Assembly (NCBI GenBank): GCA_963693365.1
Contig: CAVNZM010000010.1
Coordinates: forward strand, 434,001 to 498,000
Direction of reading: 5' to 3'
Length of the DNA: 64,000 nt
Source: Amoebidium appalachense
Taxonomy: Eukaryota; Protista; Ichthyosporea
Shown here: positions 51,475 to 64,000 of the stretch, one piece after another
Layout of the letters: the number at the start of each line of letters is the position of its first letter
Position numbering within the stretch: position 1 is the first letter of the stretch
Made by a program: the position numbers and the translations under genes
The notes under the pieces: model-generated
Database searches by the model: none
Told to the model about the DNA's origin: nothing
The model's input: only the letters and a program-made list of their open reading frames with translations

Positions 51475-52571
51475 TAACATCGTCATTACAAAGTATCTAG
51501 TGTGATTTTTTTTGATTTTTTTTATTTTAAATTTAGTTTATATAATATGATGGGATAATGTTTTGATGTCTATTTTAAAAATTTAGTTGATCCAGTTGCC
51601 AATGGCAATTGATGTAATGTTATGTTTTTTTTTTATATTTATTTGATGCGATTGGATGGTACACAACTCAGACGGTAAAGTATGTGTTTTGTTTAGTTGG
51701 TGTGGTTTGGTGCTAAAACTTATATCGTTAGTTTTTGACTTAGTAGTACAGAAATTGCCGTTAAAACCCGATGACTTCCAAACTGAAATTTAGAACAGAG
51801 AGCAATTTCAAACCAGCAGTTGAATTCATTTGCCTTTGCCTGGTTTCAACGTTGAAAACGGGTGGCCCGATATTTGCAACCAAACAACAAGAAGTTAATA
51901 TAAGAGGTGGCTGCTGGGCGCCAACCAATAAAATGTGAAAAGAAGTTCACAAATGTTTCGTGCTGGCAAACTTTATAATAGTGTACGTGGTCATTTATAC
52001 TAGGAGTCGAATATTCACAGCTTAACATCCACATCCATGGCCACAACACACGTTAATTACGCATCATGATCAGGCTTTTGACCTGGTTCACCCATCATGA
52101 CCCCCCCCCCCCCCCCCCCCCCCCCGGGCGTATGTAGGTGTTTCTTTGCGTGTGTGTGCGCTAGTAAAGCCCGGCCGCCGGGCCTCTTTTCTTTCCCCCC
52201 CCCCCCCCCCCCCTCTCCCCAATGTCCCTCTCTCCCCCCCCGGCCCTCCCGTGGGCCATAGGAGACCTACCACCAGGCTACCAGCCACCACTTATAGCCA
52301 CTCACTCTAGCTCCGGGTGCTATTGCTAGGTTACATGTGCATGACTGACGAAGACCCCCCCCCCCCCTTCTCCGGGGGTCAGTCCTGCCTCCTACCCATC
52401 CGTCCGGATTTCTTCTAACTGTATGATGATCAGGTTGCTAGATGCATGTTCAAACTTCATTCCCTGTTTGCCCACGTGTTTCCCCAACATCTAGCCAAGG
52501 TCACATGTTCAAACGTGCCTTTTGCCAGATATGCAACCAGATATGTAACTCGAGTACCCTTCTGAATGCTC

Positions 52572-52610
<39 letters not shown>

Positions 52611-53333
52611 CGCGCGCCCCAAACACGCACACACGCACACACACACACACACACACCACCGCCGCCGCCACCACCACCCACACAACCACACACCTGCACA
52701 CCCGCACACCCTGTCTTATCATATAAGCATATACTTCACGAAAACTGAAAGCGGACAAGGGTAGGCAAGTCGTATAAGGAGAAGGGTTGTGTTCTCAGAC
52801 ACACTCTCGTATTCATTCCATAATCGAAACAGTAATAGCAACAAGAAGACCCCTAATTATTAAAATTTGGCAAGTTTAGAGTGATCTTGCTTTCAAAATA
52901 AAAAAGTAAAAAACTGATTCAAGTATACAGACACACTAAATATATACTATGTGATTTCATTCCCTAAATTGATATACATATAACCTGAATGTATGCACAT
53001 TGAAGCTATACATGGCAGTCAGTTATTTCTCCAACGGTTTGTCCGTACGTGATAAACTGTAAGCAAGGCCAAAAAAATTGGCAGTGTAGGTTTGAAAACA
53101 AAAAAACAAAAAAAACGATGATAATGTTGGCCATAGCGTGCAAAACGACGTGTTTTTGGTGTTGCCTGTACTGTTGGAGCTAGAGGAGTAAGCGTGTGTG
53201 TGTGTGTGCACATGTGTGTGTCGGTTGGACGACAAAAATCCCGTGTGTTTTGTGAGGATGCACAACCATTCCCACATTGGACTATGTGCCTTATAAACAT
53301 TCGGAATAACAACAAATTTTTTTTTTTGCTAAT

Positions 53334-54518
53334 TTACGATCTCGTATCGACGGGAATATTTGATCTCTCCTCGGAGACGTGCCTTTCGCGCTCTGCAATG
53401 TTCAGATTGTATCTCCACTGGCGCATTCTTTCACTCAGCGTAGTCCCCACAGAATACAATGACCGCCGGTCAAACAACTTATCTTTCAAATTCCGGGGTT
53501 TGTACGGTACATAATCCGGTCCGACCATAGAGGGAACATCGCTTTTTGCTCCTTTTCGGTACCGGCGGTAAATGAAAAAACCAATTGCCGCAAATGTCAA
53601 AAAAGCCAAACAACCCAAACTTACACCGAGAATGAAAGATGTGCCTCTATTTGATCCCCCTGCTTGCGTGGAAGGTGTGGTTGTGGGTGTGGGTGCCACA
53701 GTATTATAGTCCACCCCTGAAGTTGGTGTGGCATCCGGGTCATCCTGCGTTGGCGTGGGGCGGGGTTCTGCATCCTTGAATTTGACTAAGACCGAATCGT
53801 AATAGATGTAACTCAGAACACCGGGGGGAACCTGTGCGCGTGTATTCCGGTAAAATAAATTCACACGTATTCTCCGGTAGGGCGCTTTCGGTGTGATCTC
53901 CTTCGCTGTTGCCGTGTACCACCCTGGCCTCTCTGGGGAAAACGGGACCACTTCCACTGGATTCGTTCGGATTCCGTTTGTGTCCATAAACGTGACGCGT
54001 ATTCCGTGATCTTCATCCCTCATGCCCTTATATGGCAAGTTGATATCGTCAAAACGTCCGAACGCTCTGACCACAAGAGCGGATGTGGAATCTGCTGGAA
54101 GGATGATAGTCTGCTCTACGGCCAAGCTCAGCCCCGGCACAAAAAGCACCTGCAAGGCAGAATAACCAAAAACGGCATCCTCGACAGGTGTGGCATTCAC
54201 AGGAAGAGACCAGCGTGTTCCGTTGAATTTCGGACCCCCCGAGAGGCACTCAAACCCCCCATCCACCAGCAAATTTTCAGGCACGTCGACTTGATCACTC
54301 CCACAAAGCCCAATGTTTTCGAACACGTTCATGCCGTCATCACTAGCTCCAGACGAACTTTCGACTGAACCTCCCTCGCTGCTAGTAACATTCCCGCCTG
54401 CCTGTCTTTTCACTCGCACCAAGCCCCCTCTTCGACAGGGAAACGGAAGGCACAACGACATGCATAGTGATTGGTAAAGTAGCAGCAGGAGGGTGAATCT
54501 TGCGCAAAGAGCCCGCAT
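53334..54518 (-). CDS. Type I membrane protein with CBM/galactose-binding-like ectodomain, intronless, 394 aa
   Basis: Signal peptide; RVKR furin-like site; NLLVDGGFE...YYDSV as in CBM_4_9-like folds; P/T-rich stalk; TM FILGVSLGCLAFLTFAAIGFFIY followed by RRYRK. Confidence 0.8.
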   Translation of the reverse strand: MRALCARFTLLLLLYQSLCMSLCLPFPCRRGGLVRVKRQAGGNVTSSEGGSVESSSGASDDGMNVFENIGLCGSDQVDVPENLLVDGGFECLSGGPKFNGTRWSLPVNATPVEDAVFGYSALQVLFVPGLSLAVEQTIILPADSTSALVVRAFGRFDDINLPYKGMRDEDHGIRVTFMDTNGIRTNPVEVVPFSPERPGWYTATAKEITPKAPYRRIRVNLFYRNTRAQVPPGVLSYIYYDSVLVKFKDAEPRPTPTQDDPDATPTSGVDYNTVAPTPTTTPSTQAGGSNRGTSFILGVSLGCLAFLTFAAIGFFIYRRYRKGAKSDVPSMVGPDYVPYKPRNLKDKLFDRRSLYSVGTTLSERMRQWRYNLNIAERERHVSEERSNIPVDTRS

Positions 54519-56435
54519 AGTTACATTTGGTTATCGTCAGATCGTTGCCTAGGGGGTGCCCATGAGGAAGTCCCCACACACGAAAAGCGTGCAAACATAT
54601 GATGGGTAGGCCAGCGTGATTGTAGAAGGAATGGAAACTAAAAACAATGAGAGTTCTTATGCAGAGATGAATTAAAGGTGATCGATTCCCACTGCTTATT
54701 GTGTGTGAAATAGATGCAATAAATCCCTAGTTGAAAGTAGTCTAGTGCTGCGTCGATGCAGAATTTCTCGGCTGCCAAGCCGGGAACGCGGCCCACCGCG
54801 CACCGAATCGCACACTTGTGACTCGAAAAGCGTTACTATATGATTTGCGCCCCTTACTAGCTGACCTACAGGTAAAAGTTATTGCGTTTTGGTAAAAAAG
54901 GCCGCTGTGAGTAGGCGGAAAGAGTGTCGCTCCTACAGGTGTACGTATACTGTATAATGGAAAAGGAGCACCCCTTTCAGTCCTGTTGCTTTTGTCCACA
55001 CTTGCAAGGAGTGGACAGGGGTGACAGCCTGAGCGTCTATGTGGACTATGAGCATTCAGTATGACGTTTTGGGCGTGCTACTTGACTCCAACCGTATCTG
55101 TATATGCAACAAGCCAAGACATCGGATAAACGTTAAAACATCCCCAAGAGTTGGGGTGGGCAAAAAAGCCTATTTTTAGAGGCTTCAAACTGCATGGGAA
55201 AACAGGTGAGGTCGACTGGGTGGAAACTACGGTAAGTGCTTGAATGTTCTGTATGATCAGTGCGATTAAAGCGAGTATGATATCCTCGAGTATACGATTA
55301 ATATGATATGGCATCAAGGGCACAGATACCCGGAAGGTGGGCAAGTGAAATAGTGCATAGGTACAGGTATAAGCCTGAAAAAGTTATTTAATTTTTTACA
55401 TATACTCAATTGAACATGTTACTAGGCTTGAAGGAGCTTATTTAGTTTTTCGCTACAAAACAATACACTATGATATGACTGAGGTCATTGATACAAAGAA
55501 GTGAATGGATAACGACTCGCCACTATCATATCAAGATCCGTCGTTGTTATTGGGCAGCTCCATTCTATTTCCTGGAGCGTGGCAAAAATTGAAGATTTTT
55601 ATGCTTGGGCCACGGCCTGGTAGGTATAATTACGCATTATAAAATGCACAAAAAATGGCTTAAGTATTCATTTATATACAACCAATATCATATTACTTAT
55701 TAATTGACATTTTTTATTATCAGTCAAGTAATATCGTACCTGATGAGAACTCATATTTCTACTGCCCATCTCGGGGGTTCCCCGAGTGAGTGTGCAGAAG
55801 TTCCCGAACAAGACATATCAGCTCGTGTCGTCATTGAAAAATAGCGGGCCACACAGTATCAAAAAGTTATATATTTTATTTAAGCGGTTGTTTCAATAAT
55901 TATAACTGAAGAAAATAACATGCTTGTGTTCAAACGGTTTGGAAGGAGGGCCATCCTTGATCTGAAACTTCACGTTCTAAAAGTGTAGGGTGATTTTCGT
56001 GTTAGCAAATTGTGTAATTGGTCCAATAGTATGACTTTACTGGTGAAGATCCAGCCAATCGTGAACGAGTGTAACTTCATCCGATGGCGGCTTTGCCGGG
56101 CAGTCTGGCAGAGTAGACGTCTATACTACATACTAAGTAGAGAGAAAAATATGAAAATCATGCTCAAGTTTTTACTGGATAAATTTTTTTCCAGTCATAT
56201 TTACGACTATTTGGCACATTCAGCCTGTCAAGGCAAGCGGCCAGTGCTGTGAACGAATGCTGACCGATATCAGCAAATGGCGAAGGGCTCGCAAGACCCT
56301 AATATGGTTAATTCACCGATGCGTAGTTGGCCACTCATTGCGTAGTTGACCGTTGGGCTCTCCTGCAGGCTGGTGTCAGCCGAGCGATCTCGCCTGAGAC
56401 GGTCAGTCTCAGGGCCGGCCCCACTATGTATATAG

Positions 56436-56476
<41 letters not shown>

Positions 56477-56579
56477 TTCTCCCCTCCCCCCCCCCCCCCC
56501 CCCCCCCCCCCAACAGCCCCCCCCACCCCCCCCATCCCCCACTTTACAATAGCTATTATCCCCCCCCCCCCCTCCCTCC

Positions 56580-56712
<133 letters not shown>

Positions 56713-56925
56713 AGCTAGCTAGAGATCTCTCTCTCACGGTCTCTATATCTATAGAGCTCTCGATTTTGACCTCGATCTCGATCTTTCTTCCCTCGCTTGA
56801 GCCTCTCTCCGCCTCCTCCCCCCCCCCCCCCTCTCTCTCTCTCTCCCCGGCCCCCCCCCCCGTCTCACCCCCCCCCCCCCCCCCTTGACTCTCTCAGAGT
56901 CTCTCTCTTCTCTCGCTGTCACGGT

Positions 56926-56999
<74 letters not shown>

Positions 57000-57078
57000 C
57001 TCTCTCTCTCTCTCTCTCTCTCTCCCCCCCCCCCCCCCCCCCTCCGAGAATCTCTCTTGGTCTCTCCACACACACACA

Positions 57079-57213
<135 letters not shown>

Positions 57214-57270
57214 CCCCCTCTCCCCCCGAGGCTCTCTCTCTCTCTCTCTCTCTCTCTCCCCCCCCCCCCC

Positions 57271-57349
<79 letters not shown>

Positions 57350-57504
57350 TCACTCTCTCTCATCGCATCCACGTCTCACTCTCTCTGAGGATCGAGCCCC
57401 TTTCTCTCTCCCTCCACGGCACACTTACATAAAAAATCTTCAAGTCATTCAGTGCAAACAAATTTCAGGGGCACGATGCAAAAAAAACTTTGTGCCACCT
57501 TCCC

Positions 57505-57542
<38 letters not shown>

Positions 57543-57667
57543 CGGGGAAGAAAATAAAATTGAATTTGGCAAACAAACTGTTACACACACTGACCGTATC
57601 CGTGCCGGTACACAACGAAGGCATTGCTTGAATCACTTCAACAAAAAAGAAGAAAATAAAATCAGCT

Positions 57668-57698
<31 letters not shown>

Positions 57699-58546
57699 GT
57701 CCCCGCCCCCCAACTCCCCCCGGCCCCCGGAGGAGGGCCTGTTCACCCCCTCCCTCCCTTCCCCCTTCCTCCCCCCCCTTCCCCACCCGCGTCCATGGCA
57801 CCTTGAAGTTCCCCCGGAAGTCCCAGGGTAACCCTGGGGCCCTTCTGCCGTTGCTGAGTAGGTTCAACGCCATCCGATATCGAGTTTTCCGTTCAGCAGA
57901 GTCTGAACGTTGTAATGCTCCCGCATTGGCGCATTGATACACCATTAAAAACATATTTGGCAAAAATTTTGTGACTACGCTTTTAAAATGTGAGGCCGGG
58001 ATCACATGTAGAACGTGCAGAAGCACATCATGACACATTGATCATCATGTTTTGGAGGGCCGAACCGGCGGCCAAGCCTCTCGCCACCTGCGCAGTCAGC
58101 TCCTTCGGAGCTAGACTGTCTCTGAGAGGTCCGTGACTCACCCGAGGCTTTCCTACGCTAACTTGTAATCATCATTTAACCGACCTTATACGTCATGATG
58201 GTGTAGCCTACCGGGTCTAATCATCAGTAGTCAGGTTTCCTCGCCGGGTCGTAGCCTAGGTTCCTTACCTTATCCGCATCCCCCCCCCCCCCCCCCCCCC
58301 CACACCCCCGGCTCCCACCCCACACATACTTTTAATCCCCGCCACTGGCAGCACTCACGCACGCACGCACCCATGCACACGCACACACGTACATACCGCC
58401 GCATGCACAAATGCACGCACGCACGCACTGGTATACGTAAGTGCGCACTCGTGCACTCACGTGTACACATGCACGCACACCACACCCACGCACGCACTCA
58501 CGCATGCACGCCATACACGCACACCAACAAACCGTGCAGCCACACA

Positions 58547-58582
<36 letters not shown>

Positions 58583-59894
58583 CGTACGCACACACGCGCT
58601 CACACACGCACGTACACACGTGGCACACACGCAGTGTTGCAAGGCTCGCGGACAATGCGCACACGTGACACTGTGCATGCACAGCTTGTACGTAGGCTAC
58701 ATATACATACACGTGTACAAACTTTGACACGCACATGCACTGGCACTCTGAACGTGACAAACACACACACACACATTGGCACCGCGTGTGTGACCCACAC
58801 ACGCAGTGCGACACACCTCACCATGCCGCACGCAGGTATGCAGGCATGCACACCGTCGGCCGCAAGCAAGCACGCACACACGCACACACACACACACACA
58901 CAACCTAGAACTTGAACCTTATATAGTATGTTTTAGTTACCGCGATCAGATGCCACAGGCTGCTCTCGATAACTTGTTCAAAATTTTAGCACCGTTCCGC
59001 ACACACGCCTCCGGGCCCAGGCTAGGCACACTCGGGTGATGCGGCACTGTGACTTAGTCTATCTACAGGTACACTCACACACAGTCTTAAGTCAGACATG
59101 CACACAGCACCGTGCCACATCCGTCGTGGAGCCTGTATACATTTTACTCAGAACGCAGCGACTGGCACAACTACTGGCAGGGGCCACTCAATCTTAAGGT
59201 GATCTGAGGCAAATCGAGGGTAGGGTCTTAGACTAGAATATTAAGGTTGTCAGCCGTAGGGTCCCCCCCCCCCCCCCCCCCCCCACCTGCACCCCGCGGT
59301 TTTGGGTGCTGTGGGGGGGCCCCTGCCCCTGCAGTGCACGTATGCTAGGGTGGGGCAGGTAGAGGTTTCTGATGATACTGGCATCATGATTGGACCAGGT
59401 AAGTGTTTTTTTTTTTTTCAAGGGGGGGTTTTTTTTTCTTCTTTTTTTTTCCTTTTATTTGTTTCTATTTTTTTTCCTTTTTATGAAAAATCTGGAAAAG
59501 CCCTTTTTTTTCCCCCTTCAAACTTGTTGACTTGTTTAGTAGGGCCATGAGAACCGGCATTTTGATTGACTAAAGCTTAGGGGATAACTTGTATGCGATT
59601 TGGTTTCGTAGTGCACGCGCCAGGTACACACGCACACAAACACAGGGCACTGTGGTGTACACAGTGTCCACAGACTCCACACATGCACACACACACGCAA
59701 GCACACACACACAACATGTGCACAAACAAACAAACAACTTCGGAAACAAACACACACAGCAGTGACTGTCATGCACACCGCGCGCACACACGTACATGGT
59801 TTATTACGCGCACGCGGCATGCACGTACACGCACACACACGCACACACAAACATGCACACATGTGCACACACACGCAAATACACACATGACATT

Positions 59895-59996
<102 letters not shown>

Positions 59997-60767
59997 TCAC
60001 ACACAAACACAACCCGTGGCACACGTATGCACTGGTTGCAAATTTCACACGTCACGGTCACAAGCCTGCACAAGCATTGGGATCATTGCACTTTATTGGC
60101 CGCTCCCTCCGGCCAATATCGGAAACACAACATGCCATCCCGTGGCCATAAGCATTTGCACACACAGTGAGCAGACACGATAAGAAAGTCAGAGCGGATC
60201 CTGACCCTCCCCCCCCCCCCCCCCCCCCCCCCCCCATATGGCCATATGCCCCCCCCCCCCCCCCCCCCCCCCCCCGGGGGTATTTTATTTTCTTCCGAGT
60301 CTCCTCGGTAGTCCTAGGCCTAGAACCTTATTTAGCTGAATATCCAGGCCACTGCCTGATTTTAGTACTATTTATCCTCATGATAAGTGAATTATCTTAA
60401 TCCTGAATGAACTGGAGTGGCTGGCGGCCCTGGCACGCACACATCTGGACATACAGTATGTAGGTACCGTAGCTCAGTACTATCGGATATGTTGTCGGTC
60501 ACCATGAGTCCTGATTTTTCCGGGTACACCAGCGTGTAGCTACATACCGTGCACGTGGCGATTGAATACACGTGTCACAGCTATATTATAACTTAGCCTT
60601 GCAGCCTGATGCCTGAGTGTATACAGGGGCCAGAGTTGCCAAGATTGTCATTCATGATTAACCGATGGAATCGGTTTCTCTCGACCGCCGCTCACTTCCC
60701 TTTTTTCCTCAAACCTCCTGAGTCGTGAGGCCTACATAATAACATGTACACTGGCAGCCACTGGCCG

Positions 60768-60997
60768 CAGGGTGTGAAATTTGTTTTTGGCTAGTGCCAC
60801 TTTGGCAACTTTCCACCAGCCTGGATGGCCGGCCTAATAGAGCCAACAACCTCTTTTTTAGGTGTATTGTCTTGTATATTTGGCACTGTTAAACCAGATT
60901 TGGAAAAATTGATGGACCTAACCTCAAAAAGTTAAGGACATTTTAAGGACTTTCAGGGGCAATTTTCTGGCCCTAAACCCCCTAATTTCACAGCCTG
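60768..60997. mobile_element. Possible MITE
   Basis: CAGGGTGTGAAAT / ATTTCACAGCCTG (12 of 13 inverted match), flanked on both sides by TGGCCG. Confidence 0.5.
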
Positions 60998-62575
60998 TGG
61001 CCGCGGGCTAAATATATACAAGTCTGCAGATCTCTCGAACACATCTAAACTGCCAAAACCCTATTTTAGAAATTCTTTTTTCAAGGGGGCTGTGATTGGT
61101 CGTATTATCACGCACAGATTCCTCAACCGATAAAATTTACCAAACCCTATTCAATGAACGGTTGACGCTGTGCCACGGTCAGTTTGGATTTGTTTGATTC
61201 TACCGAGACCCTGTTTTAAAATGCATATATTGACCAGGCCAGAAACCCTTTTTGAAGTGTAAATCAAAGACCATTCAGTTATATGTCTGTAGGATAGCGG
61301 AATTTCTTTAGCCGTGGGTTGATCTAGCATGATCTCCGGATTCCGGACTCCGAAACTTCTATAAGCTAAATTCCAATGTTTCTTTTTCACACAGTGTTAA
61401 TGGTAGGTTTACAGCATAAAAATTGAAGCAGAGTATATACTTACCAAGAATTTACGCGTTGAGAGAACGTAGCTATGAAAAGCTACAATTCTAATAAAAT
61501 GTGTTAGTTTCAGTCCCGCCTAGATCCGAACGGTGGCAAACGGCCACATTTATATGTGCGTATCTTTTTCTCGAGAATCTGAGATATTGGAACTGAGTAT
61601 CTCGTCTAGCTGAATTTCAAAATCGATCGCGGGGGAAGGTGCTTTTATCGTATGACCACTGTGTGCCGTCATTCACTTGCATCGCATAATGACCCAACGA
61701 GCAAATGAGTCAACGACCCCCCGCCCCCCCCTTCCTGCTTTTCCCGTCGTAAAACTTAAAAAAAAATTTTTTTCTTTTCTTTTGACTGGATTTATTCAAC
61801 GGAAAGATATGCAAGTATAATTTTTTGTCTTCTTCCGGCCGTGCTTTCTTTCCAAGGCCTCCGGAACCTGGTCTTCTCAATGCCCCGATCGTGGAACTTT
61901 TCTGTCCTAACTGTGTGATTTTCTCCAAGTAGGTAACGGAAATTATAGTGTAACTTTGTGGACCATGCATATGATGCATATGATTTGAGCGCTCGTCGAG
62001 CAGAGCAGAAACATTTGTTACTAATACGGCGGGTTGATACTGGCTTTTCAAAGGGGACAAAAAAGGGCTACAGTATTGTAGGTGCAGCCCATGTTATTGT
62101 CTTGTCTGCAAGTAACAGCAATCTTCAATATTGTCTTTGCTGTCGGAGTCTTTGTCGGACACGGGAGGCTCGGAAATTTGCTTCAGTTGTGTGCGCCCCG
62201 ACGTGCAAGCACTGAGTTTTGGGGGATCCGCCACGAGATTGAATTGGAATTCCTATAATACGTATGTTATCACATGGGATGAGTCACTCTGCCACACCAA
62301 AATAGCTCCAATATTTTTCCAGACCGACAACAGCTTCCTTCTAAATTAGGTTAGACGTGGTCCGTATACGACGGCTGAGGTCACAGTCGCGCTTGGCAGA
62401 ACTTCACTGCATGATACACTCAAACAAATTAGGCCTCGGTTTTTGAGAAGAAAGGGCCGTGCGCAAGGCCATATATACGTAGTGGACAGTATACTAAGTT
62501 GTGGCTGGCACACACCACCTCTGCAACAAGGCTTGCCACCGCGCGACGCGGCGTGTGTCCTTATACACGGTGACC

Positions 62576-63354
62576 ATGGAAAGACGTGGAGGTTTCTTCC
62601 GTGGCGGCTGGCTGCCTGCCCTCCTGTTGTTTGTCCTTCTGCTGGGAGCCCAGCGGGTAACCGCTCAAAGTAAGTTTTGTAAACACCTTTGGCCCTGCCC
62701 TCACCTACAGGCTGACTTCTTATATTAGTTTCTTCCAAAAAAAAAAAAGAAAAGGGACGTTGACTCGTGTGAATGCACTGAACACGATAGTGGACTTGGC
62801 GCAAGTTCAACGGTGTTTGCAAGATCACAACATGTACAACGGTGTTTAATGCACGCCATGCATTATTTCTGCGAATCTCTTGCGTGTGCTGCCTGCGTCG
62901 TCACACATATTACTAACAATGATAATTACTGGCTCAAGCATTTATATGTGAATGTGTTTGGCAACTCCATGCACATATAATAAGTGTGTACGTGGTCACA
63001 GGTTGTGTTTTTGCACATGTCATCTTTACACAGAGCGTTTCAGTTTTCTCTTCAAGCAACACACGTCTGCATGCATGTTGAACAGGTTTCTAACGACTTG
63101 ATGTTTTTTCTTTCTTCGCCGGGTCGTGCGGTGAGCTGTTTCCGATGTGTACACATAGGGCAGCACATTTTAACACTGAAACAGTTACCGATCATTGCAT
63201 ATCTGGTTTTATGTGCTAGGGGTATACCGAAACACGCGGTATTGAACTAAACACACCACGGCGTAACGGTATGTGTTTTCGTGCACGCATTGCTCGTGGC
63301 ACAAGAGGAACGTGAAAACAATGATGTATACCACATGCATACACGCGCGCGCGC

Positions 63355-63386
<32 letters not shown>

Positions 63387-63779
63387 TGTATGCGTGCGCA
63401 CACACGCACATGCACACACACTCACGCATGACACGCACAGGCGCACGTGTGCACGCGCACATACACTGTGACACACCGTGACACACACACAAACACACAC
63501 ACACACCGTGACACACACATCCACACATACACACAAACACACACACACACACACACACACACGTGCCTCACGGGGACACACACACACATGTCACACACGG
63601 ACATAGTATTACACTCGCACACAAAAAATACAACGTGTATAGACCACACACAACCACATGCAATGTTATGCAACACCACGCTAACCACAAATTATTCACA
63701 CACGTCTTCGAAACTACGACTACCTCTGCTCCTACCTTCATAAACATAAAAACAACAGCGCGAATCGTCAACCCGGCAG
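62576..63779 (+). CDS. First exons of a secreted or membrane protein, probably continuing beyond the window
   Basis: ACCATGG start. Exon 62576-62669 encodes signal peptide MERRGGFFRGGWLPALLLFVLLLGAQRVTAQ followed by GTAAGT. A candidate 21-nt micro-exon at 63759-63779 has AG..GTAAGC borders. Confidence 0.55.
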
Positions 63780-64000
63780 GTAAGCAAACCCTACAGGGCA
63801 GCATTTTACTTGTGATATTCTATTTTATCGTTTTGTTCCCTCGATATCCACAACCTGAATTCTGAAAAAGAAAGGTTTGCTGTGTAAACCTCTACAGTAC
63901 ACGTGTGCATGCAGTAACTTTTCAATAAGCACATCGGCCGAAAAGTATACAGTGAGCTCTTCTGTATACCATTGCACCTTTACCAAATTTAGAGCCTTTC

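Noticed and set aside
55740-55835. CTGATGA followed by a GAACT/AGTTC stem, as a candidate hammerhead
   Set aside because: No GAAA directly after stem II and no stem I pairing.
57780-59405. Protein-like stretches (57790-58038 minus; 59302-59398 plus)
   Set aside because: No recognisable domain and no consistent exon chain.

Overview
Eukaryotic, probably non-metazoan, genomic DNA saturated with (CA/TG)n, (GA/TC)n and G/C homopolymers. Nearly all ORF-track hits are artefacts of these repeats. Spliced genes assembled by hand from GT-AG phases: a C2-PH-EF-hand PI-PLC-like gene (minus, 10 exons, 3' part not resolved in the window), an 8-exon ankyrin-repeat gene, a 4-exon Sec66/Sec71-like gene, and the first exons of a secreted protein at the right edge. 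Intronless genes: a single-HKD PLD-family (Zucchini/Nuc-like) nuclease and two type I membrane proteins. Also present are an S41-peptidase-like pseudogene, LINE remnants and several MITEs. The dominant mobile element is a Penelope-like retroelement with a Naiad/Chlamys-type RT C-terminus; its 3' ends occur as many short fragments, each ending on a C-run. The most striking signal is a ~135-160 nt RNA motif at the 3' end of three diverged families of this element. It carries all hammerhead core parts (CUGANGA, GAAA, GUH) with covarying helices, but the strand order fits none of hammerhead types I, II or III, suggesting a pseudoknotted or multimeric hammerhead variant. All family assignments are by motif recognition, not database search. 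Homopolymer lengths may contain assembly errors.
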